Origin: Myxococcota bacterium
GTDB lineage: Bacteria; Myxococcota_A; UBA9160; SMWR01
Assembly (NCBI GenBank): GCA_036560145.1
Contig: DATBRV010000011.1
Span: forward strand, 15,930-79,929
Reading direction: 5' to 3'
Length of the DNA: 64,000 nucleotides
Positions 15,334-24,135 of the stretch are shown piece by piece (within the stretch, counting starts at the first letter, position 1; every line of letters starts with the position of its first letter). The notes beneath the pieces are model-generated. The model was not told the origin of the DNA, made no database searches, and was given only the letters and a program-made list of their open reading frames with translations. Made by a program: the position numbers and the translations under genes.

Positions 15334-16869
15334 CTGCACCCCTGGCTGCTCGCGGCGCTCGGCGGCGCGCTCTATTGCCTCGGCTACCTCGGTTTCGGCG
15401 TCTGGCCACTCGCGTGGATCTGTCTGGCTCCCCTCTGGCAGGCGCTCGAGGAGATCCGCGCGCGCCCGCTGCGCACGTCGGCGCTGCTCGGGTTCACGTT
15501 CGCCTGGGTCGCGCACGCGGGCGGCTACCGCTGGCTGTGGCGTCTGGTCGAGGTCTTCCTGGGCGGAAACCTCGTGCTCGGCGCTGCGCTCTGGCTCGCG
15601 CACTCGGCCTTCTTCGCGCTCGCCTTCGCGATCTACGCGGGGCTCTATCGCCGGGTGCGCCAGCAGGGGCGCTCGGTGGCGGTCGCGGGGATTCCGCCGC
15701 TGCTCGCGCTCGAGTGGCTATATCCGTCGCTCTTCCCGGTGCACCTGGGCGACACCCTGGTGGATCGGACGTTGCTGCTCCAGATCGTCGATCTCGGCGG
15801 GCCGCTGCTGGCGAGCGCGCTCGTCGCACTCGTCAACCTGGCGGTCTTCGAGAGCTGGCGCTGGCGCCGGCGCGAGCGTCCCCGGCCGGACGCGGTCTGG
15901 CTCTGCGCCGGGCTCGCCCTCTTCGCTTCGGCGGCCTACGGGATGGCGCGCATCGACGCCGTCTCGCGCTCGCTCGCAGGCGCGCCCTTGCTGAGGGTGG
16001 GCCTGGTGCAGGGAAACCTCGGCGTGCTCGAGAAGCGCCGCGAAGCCGCGCTCGTGCACCGCCGCTACCTCGAGCAGACCCGCGAGCTGCTGGCCGAGGG
16101 CGGCGAGCTGGATCTCGTCGTCTGGCCCGAGACCGTCTACAGCCGCGGGCTCAAGGGACCCTTTCCGATCTCGGGGGAGGGGATCCGCGAGGAGCTGCGG
16201 GTGCCGATCCTGTTCGGGGCGGCGACGGTGCGGACCGAAGGCGGGCGACGGCGCACGTACAACTCCGCGCTCCTGATCGGCGCGGACGGCGTGATCCAGG
16301 CCGGCTACGACAAGAACCTGCCCGTCCCCTTCGCGGAGAAGGTTCCCCTCGCCGATCGGATTCCCGCGCTCGCCGCCCTCTTCCCCCACGCCCAGGAGTT
16401 CGGCACGGGATCCGGCGCGCCGGCGCTGGCGCTCGGCCCCTGGCGGATCTCGACGCCGATCTGCTCGGAATCGGCGGAGCCGGCTTTCGTGCGCCGGATG
16501 CTGGCGCAGGCGGATCCGCATCTGATCGCGAGCCTCGCCAACGACGCCTGGTTCGGGGATTCCCAGGAGCCGTGGATCCACCTCGCGGTGGCGAGGCTGC
16601 GGGCGGCCGAGCACAAGCGCTTCCTGGTGCACGCCACCAACAGCGGCGTGAGCGCGGTGGTGGATCCCTTCGGGCGCGTGATCGCGCGCAGCGGCCTGCT
16701 CACGCGCGAGAACCTGCGCGCGACGGTCCGCCTGCGTGACGCGCAGACCATCTACGCGCGGCTCGGGGACTGGCCGGGCTGGCTGGCGCTGGCCGTCCTG
16801 CTGGCGACGGCTATTCGGAATCCCCGCGCTGCCCGAGCTGCGCGAGGTACGCCGCGTAGCGGGTGGTAG
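15334..16869 (+). CDS. lnt: Apolipoprotein N-acyltransferase; start uncertain (no ATG/GTG/TTG upstream of the conserved N-terminal TM segments; CTG 15334 used provisionally)
   Basis: The ORF track starts at GTG 15574. The same frame upstream encodes LHPWLLAALGGALYCLGYLGFGVWPLAWICLAPLW (Lnt TM1-2). The C-terminal CN-hydrolase domain carries VWPE, YDKNLPVPFAE, ICSE and SNDAWFG. Confidence 0.8.
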   Translation: MHPWLLAALGGALYCLGYLGFGVWPLAWICLAPLWQALEEIRARPLRTSALLGFTFAWVAHAGGYRWLWRLVEVFLGGNLVLGAALWLAHSAFFALAFAIYAGLYRRVRQQGRSVAVAGIPPLLALEWLYPSLFPVHLGDTLVDRTLLLQIVDLGGPLLASALVALVNLAVFESWRWRRRERPRPDAVWLCAGLALFASAAYGMARIDAVSRSLAGAPLLRVGLVQGNLGVLEKRREAALVHRRYLEQTRELLAEGGELDLVVWPETVYSRGLKGPFPISGEGIREELRVPILFGAATVRTEGGRRRTYNSALLIGADGVIQAGYDKNLPVPFAEKVPLADRIPALAALFPHAQEFGTGSGAPALALGPWRISTPICSESAEPAFVRRMLAQADPHLIASLANDAWFGDSQEPWIHLAVARLRAAEHKRFLVHATNSGVSAVVDPFGRVIARSGLLTRENLRATVRLRDAQTIYARLGDWPGWLALAVLLATAIRNPRAARAARGTPRSGW

Positions 16870-17395
16870 CCTGGCGGTAGGCGCTGCGCGCGGTTTCGCG
16901 CTGCTGGACGATGCGCGCGCGCGCGTCGCCGACCGGGTAGCCGCGCGCCATCATCTGCGAGTAGGCGGCGTTGGCGCCGTCGAGTCGCTGGCTGGCGACG
17001 ACGGCTTCTTCGCGGATCCGCTGCGCCTCCGCGCGCTCCGCGCTGCTGCCGAGGTCGGGAACCGGAGCCGGCGCGGCGACGGGCGCCGGCACGTCGGTCT
17101 CGGCCGTATCGAGCTCCACCGTCTTGCCCGTATCGGCGGCGTCGAGGCCCACCGTCTCGCCCGTGTCGACGGAGTCGAGGCTGTCCGTCTTGCCGGTATC
17201 CGCCGAGTCGAGGCTGTTCGTGTGGCCGGTGTCGGCCTCGTCGAGGTCGTCGGTCTCCCCGATGTCGACCGCGTCGAGGCTGTGGGTCCTGCCCTTGTCG
17301 ACCGCGTCGAGGTCGACGGTCCCGTCGTTCGCCTCCGCGACCACGCCGAACAGGACACCGATCCCGATCGCAGCCGCGCGCCGCAGCTCGCCCAT
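16811..17395 (-). CDS. Secreted acidic protein with about seven 11-residue D-x-x-D-T-G-x-T-x-x-L repeats and a helical C-terminal domain
   Basis: GGAGGA lies upstream of ATG 17395. Signal peptide MGELRRAAAIGIGVLFGVVAEA; repeats include DAVDKGRTHSL, DAVDIGETDDL, DEADTGHTNSL and DSADTGKTDSL. Confidence 0.7.
   Translation of the reverse strand: MGELRRAAAIGIGVLFGVVAEANDGTVDLDAVDKGRTHSLDAVDIGETDDLDEADTGHTNSLDSADTGKTDSLDSVDTGETVGLDAADTGKTVELDTAETDVPAPVAAPAPVPDLGSSAERAEAQRIREEAVVASQRLDGANAAYSQMMARGYPVGDARARIVQQRETARSAYRQATTRYAAYLAQLGQRGDSE
17108..17338 (-). repeat. Seven tandem 33-nt coding repeats
   Basis: Units begin at 17108, 17141, 17174, 17207, 17240, 17273 and 17306, each GTCGAGG(C/T)...; the period is exactly 33 nt. 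Confidence 0.9.
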
Positions 17396-17414
17396 CACGA
17401 TCCTCCCGAGGAGA

Positions 17415-17684
17415 TCAGCGCCCGGTCGATTCGCGGCGCTCTTCGCGGCGAGCCTCGCCGCCCGTTTCGACGACGCCGTCCGAATCGTCGTCGTCGCCCG
17501 CGTCGGAGGGCTGCCACTGCTGGCCGCCGCCGAGACCGTCGCAGGCATCGTCACCGTCGTCCATCGAGATCACGATCGACCCGTTGTTGCACTGGCACCT
17601 GGTCGAGGCCAGCGCCGCGCCCGGCAGGAGCAGGCAGATGAGCGCGAAAAGGCTCGCGAGGGCGAGGATTCTGGTGCGAAGCAT
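17415..17684 (-). CDS. Small secreted, highly acidic Cys-containing protein (hypothetical)
   Basis: ATG 17684 gives MLRTRILALASLFALICLLLPGAALA / STRCQCNNGSIVISMDDGDDACDG...DDDDSDG. It lies 20 nt upstream of the repeat-protein gene. Confidence 0.55.
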   Translation of the reverse strand: MLRTRILALASLFALICLLLPGAALASTRCQCNNGSIVISMDDGDDACDGLGGGQQWQPSDAGDDDDSDGVVETGGEARREERRESTGR

Positions 17685-17748
17685 GTGGCGAGGATCTCCG
17701 GGCATAGAGATCGCCGAAACAAGGCGCTGACTTGATTCCGGAGTGATT

Positions 17749-18489
17749 TCACCGCGCCTGGACGCGGCGCAGGTAGACGGCGGGAGGCAGGAACGCGAGC
17801 CAGGCGGACGCGGCGGAGACGAGGCCCAGGATCCCCACCGTCATCGCGCCCAGGGGCGCGGCCGGCAGATCGATTCCCAGGAAGGAGAGCACGAAGGAGG
17901 TCGTGTAGCTGACCGAGGCGCCGGCCATCGCGATCGTCCACAGCCGCACGCGGTCCGCGACCACCGGGTCGGCGAGGCCGATCGCGAGCCGCTTCTGGAG
18001 CTGGCGCGCGAACAGGCCGGCCTCCAGGCACGACCAGTAGAGGATGCCGAGGCCGATCACGACGCGCAGGTAGCCGGGCGCTCCCGGGTAGGGCTCGGCC
18101 GAGAGCGCGCTCGCGACCAGCCCGGGCCAGATGGCTTCGGCCGGGACCAGTAGCGCGAGTGCCGTAATGCAGCTTGCCATGGCGACCTCGACCAGGACGC
18201 TCGCGGGCCGGAACACGCGCCAGGTGAAGATGGCGAGGGCTGCGAAGCCGACGGTGTTACACAGGGCAGAGCAACCCAGGAAGAGACCGCGGACGTCGTC
18301 CGGAAGGGCGGTCACGACGCGGCCCACGGTGGCGAAGGGGTAGCCGAGCGCGCCCATCAGGAGCAGGCACAGGCCCATCGTGAATTCCGGGAGCTGTCGC
18401 CGGCTGCGGCCCAGCGCCAGCAGCCGCGGCCCGAGCACGAAGCTCACCAGCACGAAGGATCCGCCGCCGAACGCAGCCAGCCAGATCAT
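17749..18489 (-). CDS. Integral membrane protein, about 7 TM (hypothetical)
   Basis: Hydrophobic segments run throughout; I recognised no family motif. Confidence 0.7.
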   Translation of the reverse strand: MIWLAAFGGGSFVLVSFVLGPRLLALGRSRRQLPEFTMGLCLLLMGALGYPFATVGRVVTALPDDVRGLFLGCSALCNTVGFAALAIFTWRVFRPASVLVEVAMASCITALALLVPAEAIWPGLVASALSAEPYPGAPGYLRVVIGLGILYWSCLEAGLFARQLQKRLAIGLADPVVADRVRLWTIAMAGASVSYTTSFVLSFLGIDLPAAPLGAMTVGILGLVSAASAWLAFLPPAVYLRRVQAR

Positions 18490-18598
18490 GGCTTCCCCCT
18501 CCCGGAGGGTCTGGTTTCCAGGTCGGCCGATCGGGGCCGCCGGTTGAATCCGATCCGGGTCCCGATTCCGCGGGCGGCGGCTAGACTGCCCCGCGCCG

Positions 18599-20473
18599 AT
18601 GACGATCCGAATCGCCGGGCCCCGGTTCGTGGACGATCAGGGCCGAACGTTGATCCTGCGCGGGGTCAATCTGGGGGGCAGCAGCAAGGTTCCGGCCCGG
18701 CCGGACGGCGCGACGCACCTTCGCGACGGCTTCTTCCAGCACCGCGACGTCTCCTTCGTGGGCCGTCCGTTTCCGCTCGAGGAGGCCGACGAGCACTTCG
18801 CCCGCCTGCGCTCCTGGGGCCTCACCTTCCTGCGCTTCCTGGTCACCTGGGAGGCGATCGAGCACGCCGGCCCCGGCCGCTACGACGAGGCGTACTTCGA
18901 CTACGTGCGCGCCATCGTCGAATGCGCCGGCCGGCACGGCTTCGACCTCTTCATCGATCCCCACCAGGACATGTGGAGCCGCTTCTCGGGCGGCGACGGC
19001 GCGCCGGGCTGGACCCTCGAGGCGGTCGGATTCGACCTCGAGCAGCTCGCCGCGACTGGCGCGGCCGTGGTCCACGCGCTCTACGAGGGTCCCTTCCCCC
19101 GCATGATCTGGCCCTCGAACGAGAGCAAGCTCGCCACCGCCACCATGTTCACGCTGTTCTTCGGGGGGAGCGCATTCGCTCCCGAGACGCGGATCGAAGG
19201 CGAGCCTGCGCAGGAGTACCTCCAGCGCCACTACGTCGCTGCCTTGCGTCAGCTGGCACAGCGGCTCGAGGGTCTTCCCTGCGTGATGGGCTACGACACC
19301 CTGAACGAGCCGCTGCGCGGCTACCTCGGCTGGCCGGACCTGCGCGTCGCGGGAGGGATGGTGAAGGTCGGGCCCTGTCCGACTCCGTTCCAGTCGATGC
19401 TGCTCGGCGCCGGCCACCCGCAGGCGGTCGAGCATTGGGCCGCCGGCCCTGCCGGATTCCGCAGCCGCGGGGCGCAGACCGTGAACGCGGCGGGCGCTCG
19501 CGCCTGGCTGCCCGGCTTCGACTGCGTCTGGCGACGCAACGGCGTGTGGGACGTCGACAGAGACGGGACGCCGCGGCTGCTCCGGCCCGATCACTTCGCT
19601 CGGGGGAGGGCCGGCGCGGTCGACTTCTCCGAGCACCATTATCTTCCCTTCGCGCGCCGCTTCGCCGCGGCGATCCGCGGCGTCCAGCCGGGGGCCGCGA
19701 TCTTCGTCGAGAGCGCCCCCCAGCAGCCGCCGCCGCGCTGGCGGGATCCCGGCCTGGTGCATGCGCCGCACTGGTACGACGGGTTCGTGCTCTTCCTGAA
19801 GCGCTACAGCGGCTGGGTGGCCGTCGACAACCGCAGCCAGAAGCTGGTGTTCACCCCCTGGAGGATCCGGCGATCCTTCGCGGAGCAGCTGAAGGCGCTC
19901 CGCGACGAGGCCGCCCACGCGCTGGGCGGCGCGCCGACGCTGCTCGGCGAGTTCGGGATCGCCTTCGATCTCGCGGGCGGGCGCGCCTTCCGCGACGGCG
20001 ACTTCCGCGCGCAGGTGAAGGCGATGGACCGCACGCTGTGCGCGCTAGACGACGCCCTGCTCAGCGGCACGCTCTGGAACTACACGGCCGACAACCGCAA
20101 CGACCGCGGCGATCTCTGGAACGGCGAGGACCTCTCGATCTTCAGCCGGGATCAGCAGCGCGATCCCGGGGACCTGAACTCGGGGGGCCGGGCGCTCGAG
20201 GCCGTCGTGCGCCCGTACGCGCGCGCCGTGGCGGGCGAGCCTCTGCGCATGCATTTCGACCGCCGCCGCCGCGTCTTCGAGCTCGCATTCCGGCACGATC
20301 CGCGCGTCTCGGCGCCCACCGAGATCTTCGTCCCCGCCTATCAGTACCCGCACGGTTACCGGGTGACGGTCTCGGACGGATTCTTCGAAGCGATCCCCGC
20401 GCAGCAGACCCTCGCGTATCGTCACGGCGCGGAGCGGGAGACGCACACGCTGCGGATCCGGCCGGAGCGGTAG
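18599..20473 (+). CDS. Glycoside hydrolase family 5 (glucosylceramidase/endoglycoceramidase-related type)
   Basis: LILRGVNLGGSSK, FLRFLVTWEAIEH, DLFIDPHQDMWS, MGYDTLNEP (acid/base NEP) and LLGEFGI (nucleophile E). Confidence 0.8.
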   Translation: MTIRIAGPRFVDDQGRTLILRGVNLGGSSKVPARPDGATHLRDGFFQHRDVSFVGRPFPLEEADEHFARLRSWGLTFLRFLVTWEAIEHAGPGRYDEAYFDYVRAIVECAGRHGFDLFIDPHQDMWSRFSGGDGAPGWTLEAVGFDLEQLAATGAAVVHALYEGPFPRMIWPSNESKLATATMFTLFFGGSAFAPETRIEGEPAQEYLQRHYVAALRQLAQRLEGLPCVMGYDTLNEPLRGYLGWPDLRVAGGMVKVGPCPTPFQSMLLGAGHPQAVEHWAAGPAGFRSRGAQTVNAAGARAWLPGFDCVWRRNGVWDVDRDGTPRLLRPDHFARGRAGAVDFSEHHYLPFARRFAAAIRGVQPGAAIFVESAPQQPPPRWRDPGLVHAPHWYDGFVLFLKRYSGWVAVDNRSQKLVFTPWRIRRSFAEQLKALRDEAAHALGGAPTLLGEFGIAFDLAGGRAFRDGDFRAQVKAMDRTLCALDDALLSGTLWNYTADNRNDRGDLWNGEDLSIFSRDQQRDPGDLNSGGRALEAVVRPYARAVAGEPLRMHFDRRRRVFELAFRHDPRVSAPTEIFVPAYQYPHGYRVTVSDGFFEAIPAQQTLAYRHGAERETHTLRIRPER

Positions 20474-20490
20474 CCAAGCCCCGCCGCTGC

Positions 20491-20943
20491 TCAGACCGCC
20501 CGGCAGGCGAGCAGCACGCTCGCGACATACCAGGAGAGGGCCGCCCCGGCGATGGACAGGACGAAGAGCGCGACGGCGAGGGCCATCGCGGCGCGCGCCA
20601 TCGAGCGAGCGCGCGCTCCCGAAACCACGCGCACCGCGCCCCACCCCCAAGGGCCGGGCGGCGGGAAGCGTTCTTCCCGCAAGGCTCGGCGGCCGGAGGC
20701 GAAGATCGCGATGCCGAGCGCCCCGGTCGTCCCGAAGACGAGGGCGGCGACGCCGCGGAAGATTCCTGCGAGCTCGGCGCGGGCGCGGATCACGTCGTGC
20801 GCGGCGAGGGTCTGGATCTCATCGAGCCGCGAGCGCAGGACCTGTTGGAGCGCGAGGCCGAGCGCCACGGCGATCGCCAGGGTGAAGAGTGCGGCCAGCC
20901 AGGAACGGGGTTTGCCGGCGACCTGCACGTCGGGTGAGGCCAT
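20491..20943 (-). CDS. Small membrane protein (hypothetical)
   Basis: An internal ATG at 20943 gives MASPDVQVAGKPRSWLAALFTLAIAVALGLAL...; 3-4 TM segments. Confidence 0.55.
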   Translation of the reverse strand: MASPDVQVAGKPRSWLAALFTLAIAVALGLALQQVLRSRLDEIQTLAAHDVIRARAELAGIFRGVAALVFGTTGALGIAIFASGRRALREERFPPPGPWGWGAVRVVSGARARSMARAAMALAVALFVLSIAGAALSWYVASVLLACRAV

Positions 20944-21484
20944 GGCCTTCTCATCGGCTGGGCGGCGCCGCGGCCGAAGCGGGTTCCTGACCGCGCTGCT
21001 GGCCCTCGCGCTGCTCGCCCTCGCGGTTTCTTCTCCCGCCGCCGCGGAGTTCTTCGAGGGCCGCGTCGTCGCCGTCTTCGACGGGGACACGATCGAGGTG
21101 CTGGTCGGCCGCGAGCGCCGCCGTGTGCGCCTCGCCGGAATCGACACTCCGGAGCGGGGTCAGCCATGGGCCAAGAATGCCCGGCAGGCGCTCTCGCGGC
21201 GGGTCTTCGGCAAGGAAGTCCGCGTGAACGACGTCGGCACCGATCGCTGGGGCCGCACCGTGGGCGAGGTCTACGCCGACAACGTCTGCGTCGGCTGCGA
21301 GCTGGTGCGCGAGGGCAACGCCTGGGTCTACCGCCAGTACTCGGACGACGAGGTCCTCTACCAGCTCGAAGCCGAGGCGCGCGCCGCGCGGCGCGGCCTC
21401 TGGAGCCTGCCCGAAGCGCAGCGGGTGCCGCCCTGGGAGTGGCGGCATTCCCATTCCAGGTCAGGGTCGGGCGGAGCTCGGTGA
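20942..21484 (+). CDS. Secreted thermonuclease (SNase / micrococcal nuclease homolog)
   Basis: Signal peptide MAFSSAGRRRGRSGFLTALLALALLALAVSSPAAA, then VVAVFDGDTIEVL..VRLAGIDTPE..DRWGRTVGEVY..ELVREGNAWVY. Confidence 0.85.
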   Translation: MAFSSAGRRRGRSGFLTALLALALLALAVSSPAAAEFFEGRVVAVFDGDTIEVLVGRERRRVRLAGIDTPERGQPWAKNARQALSRRVFGKEVRVNDVGTDRWGRTVGEVYADNVCVGCELVREGNAWVYRQYSDDEVLYQLEAEARAARRGLWSLPEAQRVPPWEWRHSHSRSGSGGAR

Positions 21485-22174
21485 TTCGAGGGCGCGGACC
21501 AGCAGGCTGCGCAGCGCGCCGGTGTCGCGCAGCCGGGCGACGACCTGGTGCCCGCCTTCGCCATGGGGGTGCAGCGTCACGCCGGGAGCGCCGCGCATCC
21601 GCCGCGCGTGCAGGCTGTCGATCCGCGACTGCGAGCTGTAGTGCAGCTCGATCTGCGGCACGGCCGGAAGGCGGGGCAACGCGCCGCGCAGATCGAAGAC
21701 GTCCCAGCGCGCCTGGGGAAGCGCGTGAACCCTCGCGATCTCGCGCCGCCAGCGGCGATCCCAGAAGAGGAGCCGCCTCCAGCGGTCGATGAACGTCTGG
21801 GGAGAGATGGCGTGGACGGCATGCGCTCCCGCCAGCGCGCCCAGAAGAATGGCGGCGTAACCGCCCATCGAGTTTCCCACGAACACGAAGCGCTCGGCGC
21901 GCGACTCCTGCATCCGGGCGCGCAGGAACCGGGCGATCCCCGGCAGGTCTTCCGAGATTCCCGGCAGGCCCTCGTGATACCAGGCCTGGCGGAGATCCCG
22001 CACGAAGATCCGCTTGCAGTCGAGGTCGGCGGAGAGCTTGAAGAACTCGAAGGGCGGCATCCCCAGGGCGCCCGCGATCCCGCCGAAGGCCACCAGGAGC
22101 GCGCGTCCCGGAGGACTGAAATCGATGGCGACCGGAACGGTCGGTTCATCCAGCGCGGATCGGAGGTCCTGCAT
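21461..22174 (-). CDS. Alpha/beta-fold hydrolase (hypothetical)
   Basis: Internal ATG at 22174 and nucleophile elbow GNSMGG. Its 3' end overlaps the SNase 3' end by 24 nt. Confidence 0.65.
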   Translation of the reverse strand: MQDLRSALDEPTVPVAIDFSPPGRALLVAFGGIAGALGMPPFEFFKLSADLDCKRIFVRDLRQAWYHEGLPGISEDLPGIARFLRARMQESRAERFVFVGNSMGGYAAILLGALAGAHAVHAISPQTFIDRWRRLLFWDRRWRREIARVHALPQARWDVFDLRGALPRLPAVPQIELHYSSQSRIDSLHARRMRGAPGVTLHPHGEGGHQVVARLRDTGALRSLLVRALESPSSARP

Positions 22175-22247
22175 GCCGCCGTCCTCGATCGGAAGATCGG
22201 GCGCTTTCGTGTAGGCTTTCGACTCGCGAATCCGGCAGGAGATCCAG

Positions 22248-24125
22248 ATGGCCCGCAAGCTGTTGATCGCACTCGTGCTTCTCGCGGCGCTCGCCGCCTG
22301 CCTGGCCTTCTTCCTGCGCAACCAGCTGTTTGCGGCGCCGCCCGCGCCGCCCGAGCTGGCGCGCGTCGCGGATCCCAGCTCGCAGCGCACCCTGCCGGGA
22401 GGCGGCGAGGTGATCGGCTACACCGGGCGCTACGGGAGCCACGTCTGGCTCGGGATTCCGTACGCGGAGCCGCCCGTGGGCGAGCGGCGCTGGCGGGCGC
22501 CCGCGCCGCCCGCGCCGTGGAGCGGAACCCGGGAGGCGCTCGCCTTCGGGAATCACTGCCCGCAGATCGCGAGCCCGTTCGGGGGAGTCGCAGACGCGCC
22601 GGCCGGCTCGATCACGGGCGACGAGGATTGCCTCTACCTCAACGTGTATGCGCCGAGCATGCCGCAGGGCGCCGTGGCGCGCGCGAAGCTGCCGGTGCTG
22701 GTCTGGATCCACGGCGGCGGCAACGTCGTCGGGCTCGCGAACTTCTACGACGGCGGCCGTCTCGCGCAGAGCCAGGACGTGATGGTGGTGACGCTTCACT
22801 ACCGGCTCGGCCCCTTCGGCTGGCTCCGCCATGCGGCGCTGCGCGAAGGCGCTTCGCCCGCCGAGCAGTCGGGCAACTTCGCGATCCTCGATCTGGTGCG
22901 CGCGCTCGAATGGGTGCGCGAGAACGCGGCCAGCTTCGGCGGCGACCCGGGCAACGTCACCCTCTTCGGAGAGTCGGCCGGCGGCGCCAACGTCTTCTCG
23001 CTGTTGCTCTCGCCGCTCGCGAACGGCCTCTTCCACCGCGCCATCGCGCAGAGCGGCGGCGTCGACATGCGGACGCCCGCCGAGGCGGAGAGCTTCCGCG
23101 ACGATGCGCAGCCGGGCAGTCCCGGTTCGTCGAACGAGGTGCTCGCGCGGCTCCTGGTGGAGGAGGGCAAGGCGGCCGACGCGGCTTCCGCGAAGCAGGC
23201 GATCGCGTCGATGCCTGCGCCCGAGATCGCGGCCTTCCTGCGCAGCCGGACGGCCGAGCAGCTCTTCGCGGGCTACCCGGTGGAGCCCGACGAAGGAATG
23301 ATCGCGGCGCCGACCGTCTTCGCCGACGGCGTCGTGCTGCCGGCCGGCGACCCGCTGGCGCTCTTCGCGCGCCCCGACGGCTGGAACCGCGTGCCGGTGA
23401 TCGCGGGCACCAACCTCGACGAGCAGAAGCTCTTCATGTTCCTGAACCCGCTCTACGTCCGGAACTGGTTCGGCCTGCTGCCGCAGATCCGCGATCCCGA
23501 GCTGTACCTGGCGGCGGCGGACCTGCGCAGCGCGATGTGGAAGGCCACCGGCGCGGACGGCCCCGCGGCCGCGATCTGGACCACGCAGCCGAGGGTCTTC
23601 GTGTACCGGTTCGACTGGAACGAGGAGCCGAGCCTGCTCGGAATCGACCTCGGCGCCTTCCTGGGAGCCGCGCACGGCTTCGAGATCCCCTTCGTGTTCG
23701 GCCATTGGGACATCGGCGCGCAGGGCAACGTGATCTTTTCTGCCGCCAATCAGACCGGGCGCGAGGCGCTCGCGGAGCAGATGATGTCCTACTGGGCGAA
23801 CTTCGCGCGCACGGGGGATCCGGGGCGCGGGCGCAGCGGCGAGCTGCCGGGGTGGACCGCCTGGGACGGCCGGCCGGATGCGCACAAGTACCTGATCCTC
23901 GACACCGAGGCGGGCGGCGGCGTGCGCATGGGTTCGGAGCCGGTGACGGTCGAGAGCGTGCTCGCGTCCGTCGACACCGATCCGCGTCTCGCGACCCAGC
24001 GCGATCGCTGCTTCGTGTACCGCGAGCTGGCGCGCTGGGGTGGCCCTTCGGCAGTGCAGGAGTATCCGGCGTCCGGGCGTGCGGGATGCGCGGAGTATCC
24101 GTACGACGAGTTCCCCTGGGACTGA
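22248..24125 (+). CDS. Carboxylesterase type B family (membrane-anchored or secreted)
   Basis: GIPYAEPPVGERRW, EDCLYLNVYAP, VWIHGGGNVVG and FGESAGGANV. Confidence 0.9.
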   Translation: MARKLLIALVLLAALAACLAFFLRNQLFAAPPAPPELARVADPSSQRTLPGGGEVIGYTGRYGSHVWLGIPYAEPPVGERRWRAPAPPAPWSGTREALAFGNHCPQIASPFGGVADAPAGSITGDEDCLYLNVYAPSMPQGAVARAKLPVLVWIHGGGNVVGLANFYDGGRLAQSQDVMVVTLHYRLGPFGWLRHAALREGASPAEQSGNFAILDLVRALEWVRENAASFGGDPGNVTLFGESAGGANVFSLLLSPLANGLFHRAIAQSGGVDMRTPAEAESFRDDAQPGSPGSSNEVLARLLVEEGKAADAASAKQAIASMPAPEIAAFLRSRTAEQLFAGYPVEPDEGMIAAPTVFADGVVLPAGDPLALFARPDGWNRVPVIAGTNLDEQKLFMFLNPLYVRNWFGLLPQIRDPELYLAAADLRSAMWKATGADGPAAAIWTTQPRVFVYRFDWNEEPSLLGIDLGAFLGAAHGFEIPFVFGHWDIGAQGNVIFSAANQTGREALAEQMMSYWANFARTGDPGRGRSGELPGWTAWDGRPDAHKYLILDTEAGGGVRMGSEPVTVESVLASVDTDPRLATQRDRCFVYRELARWGGPSAVQEYPASGRAGCAEYPYDEFPWD

Positions 24126-24135
24126 GCGGGGCTCG

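Noticed and set aside
14642-16869. The possibility that the ankyrin protein and Lnt form one fused gene, which would explain the missing lnt start.
   Set aside because: The ankyrin frame ends in TAG (15299-15301) and lnt is in a different frame. Nothing supports a programmed shift, so non-canonical initiation or a base error is simpler.
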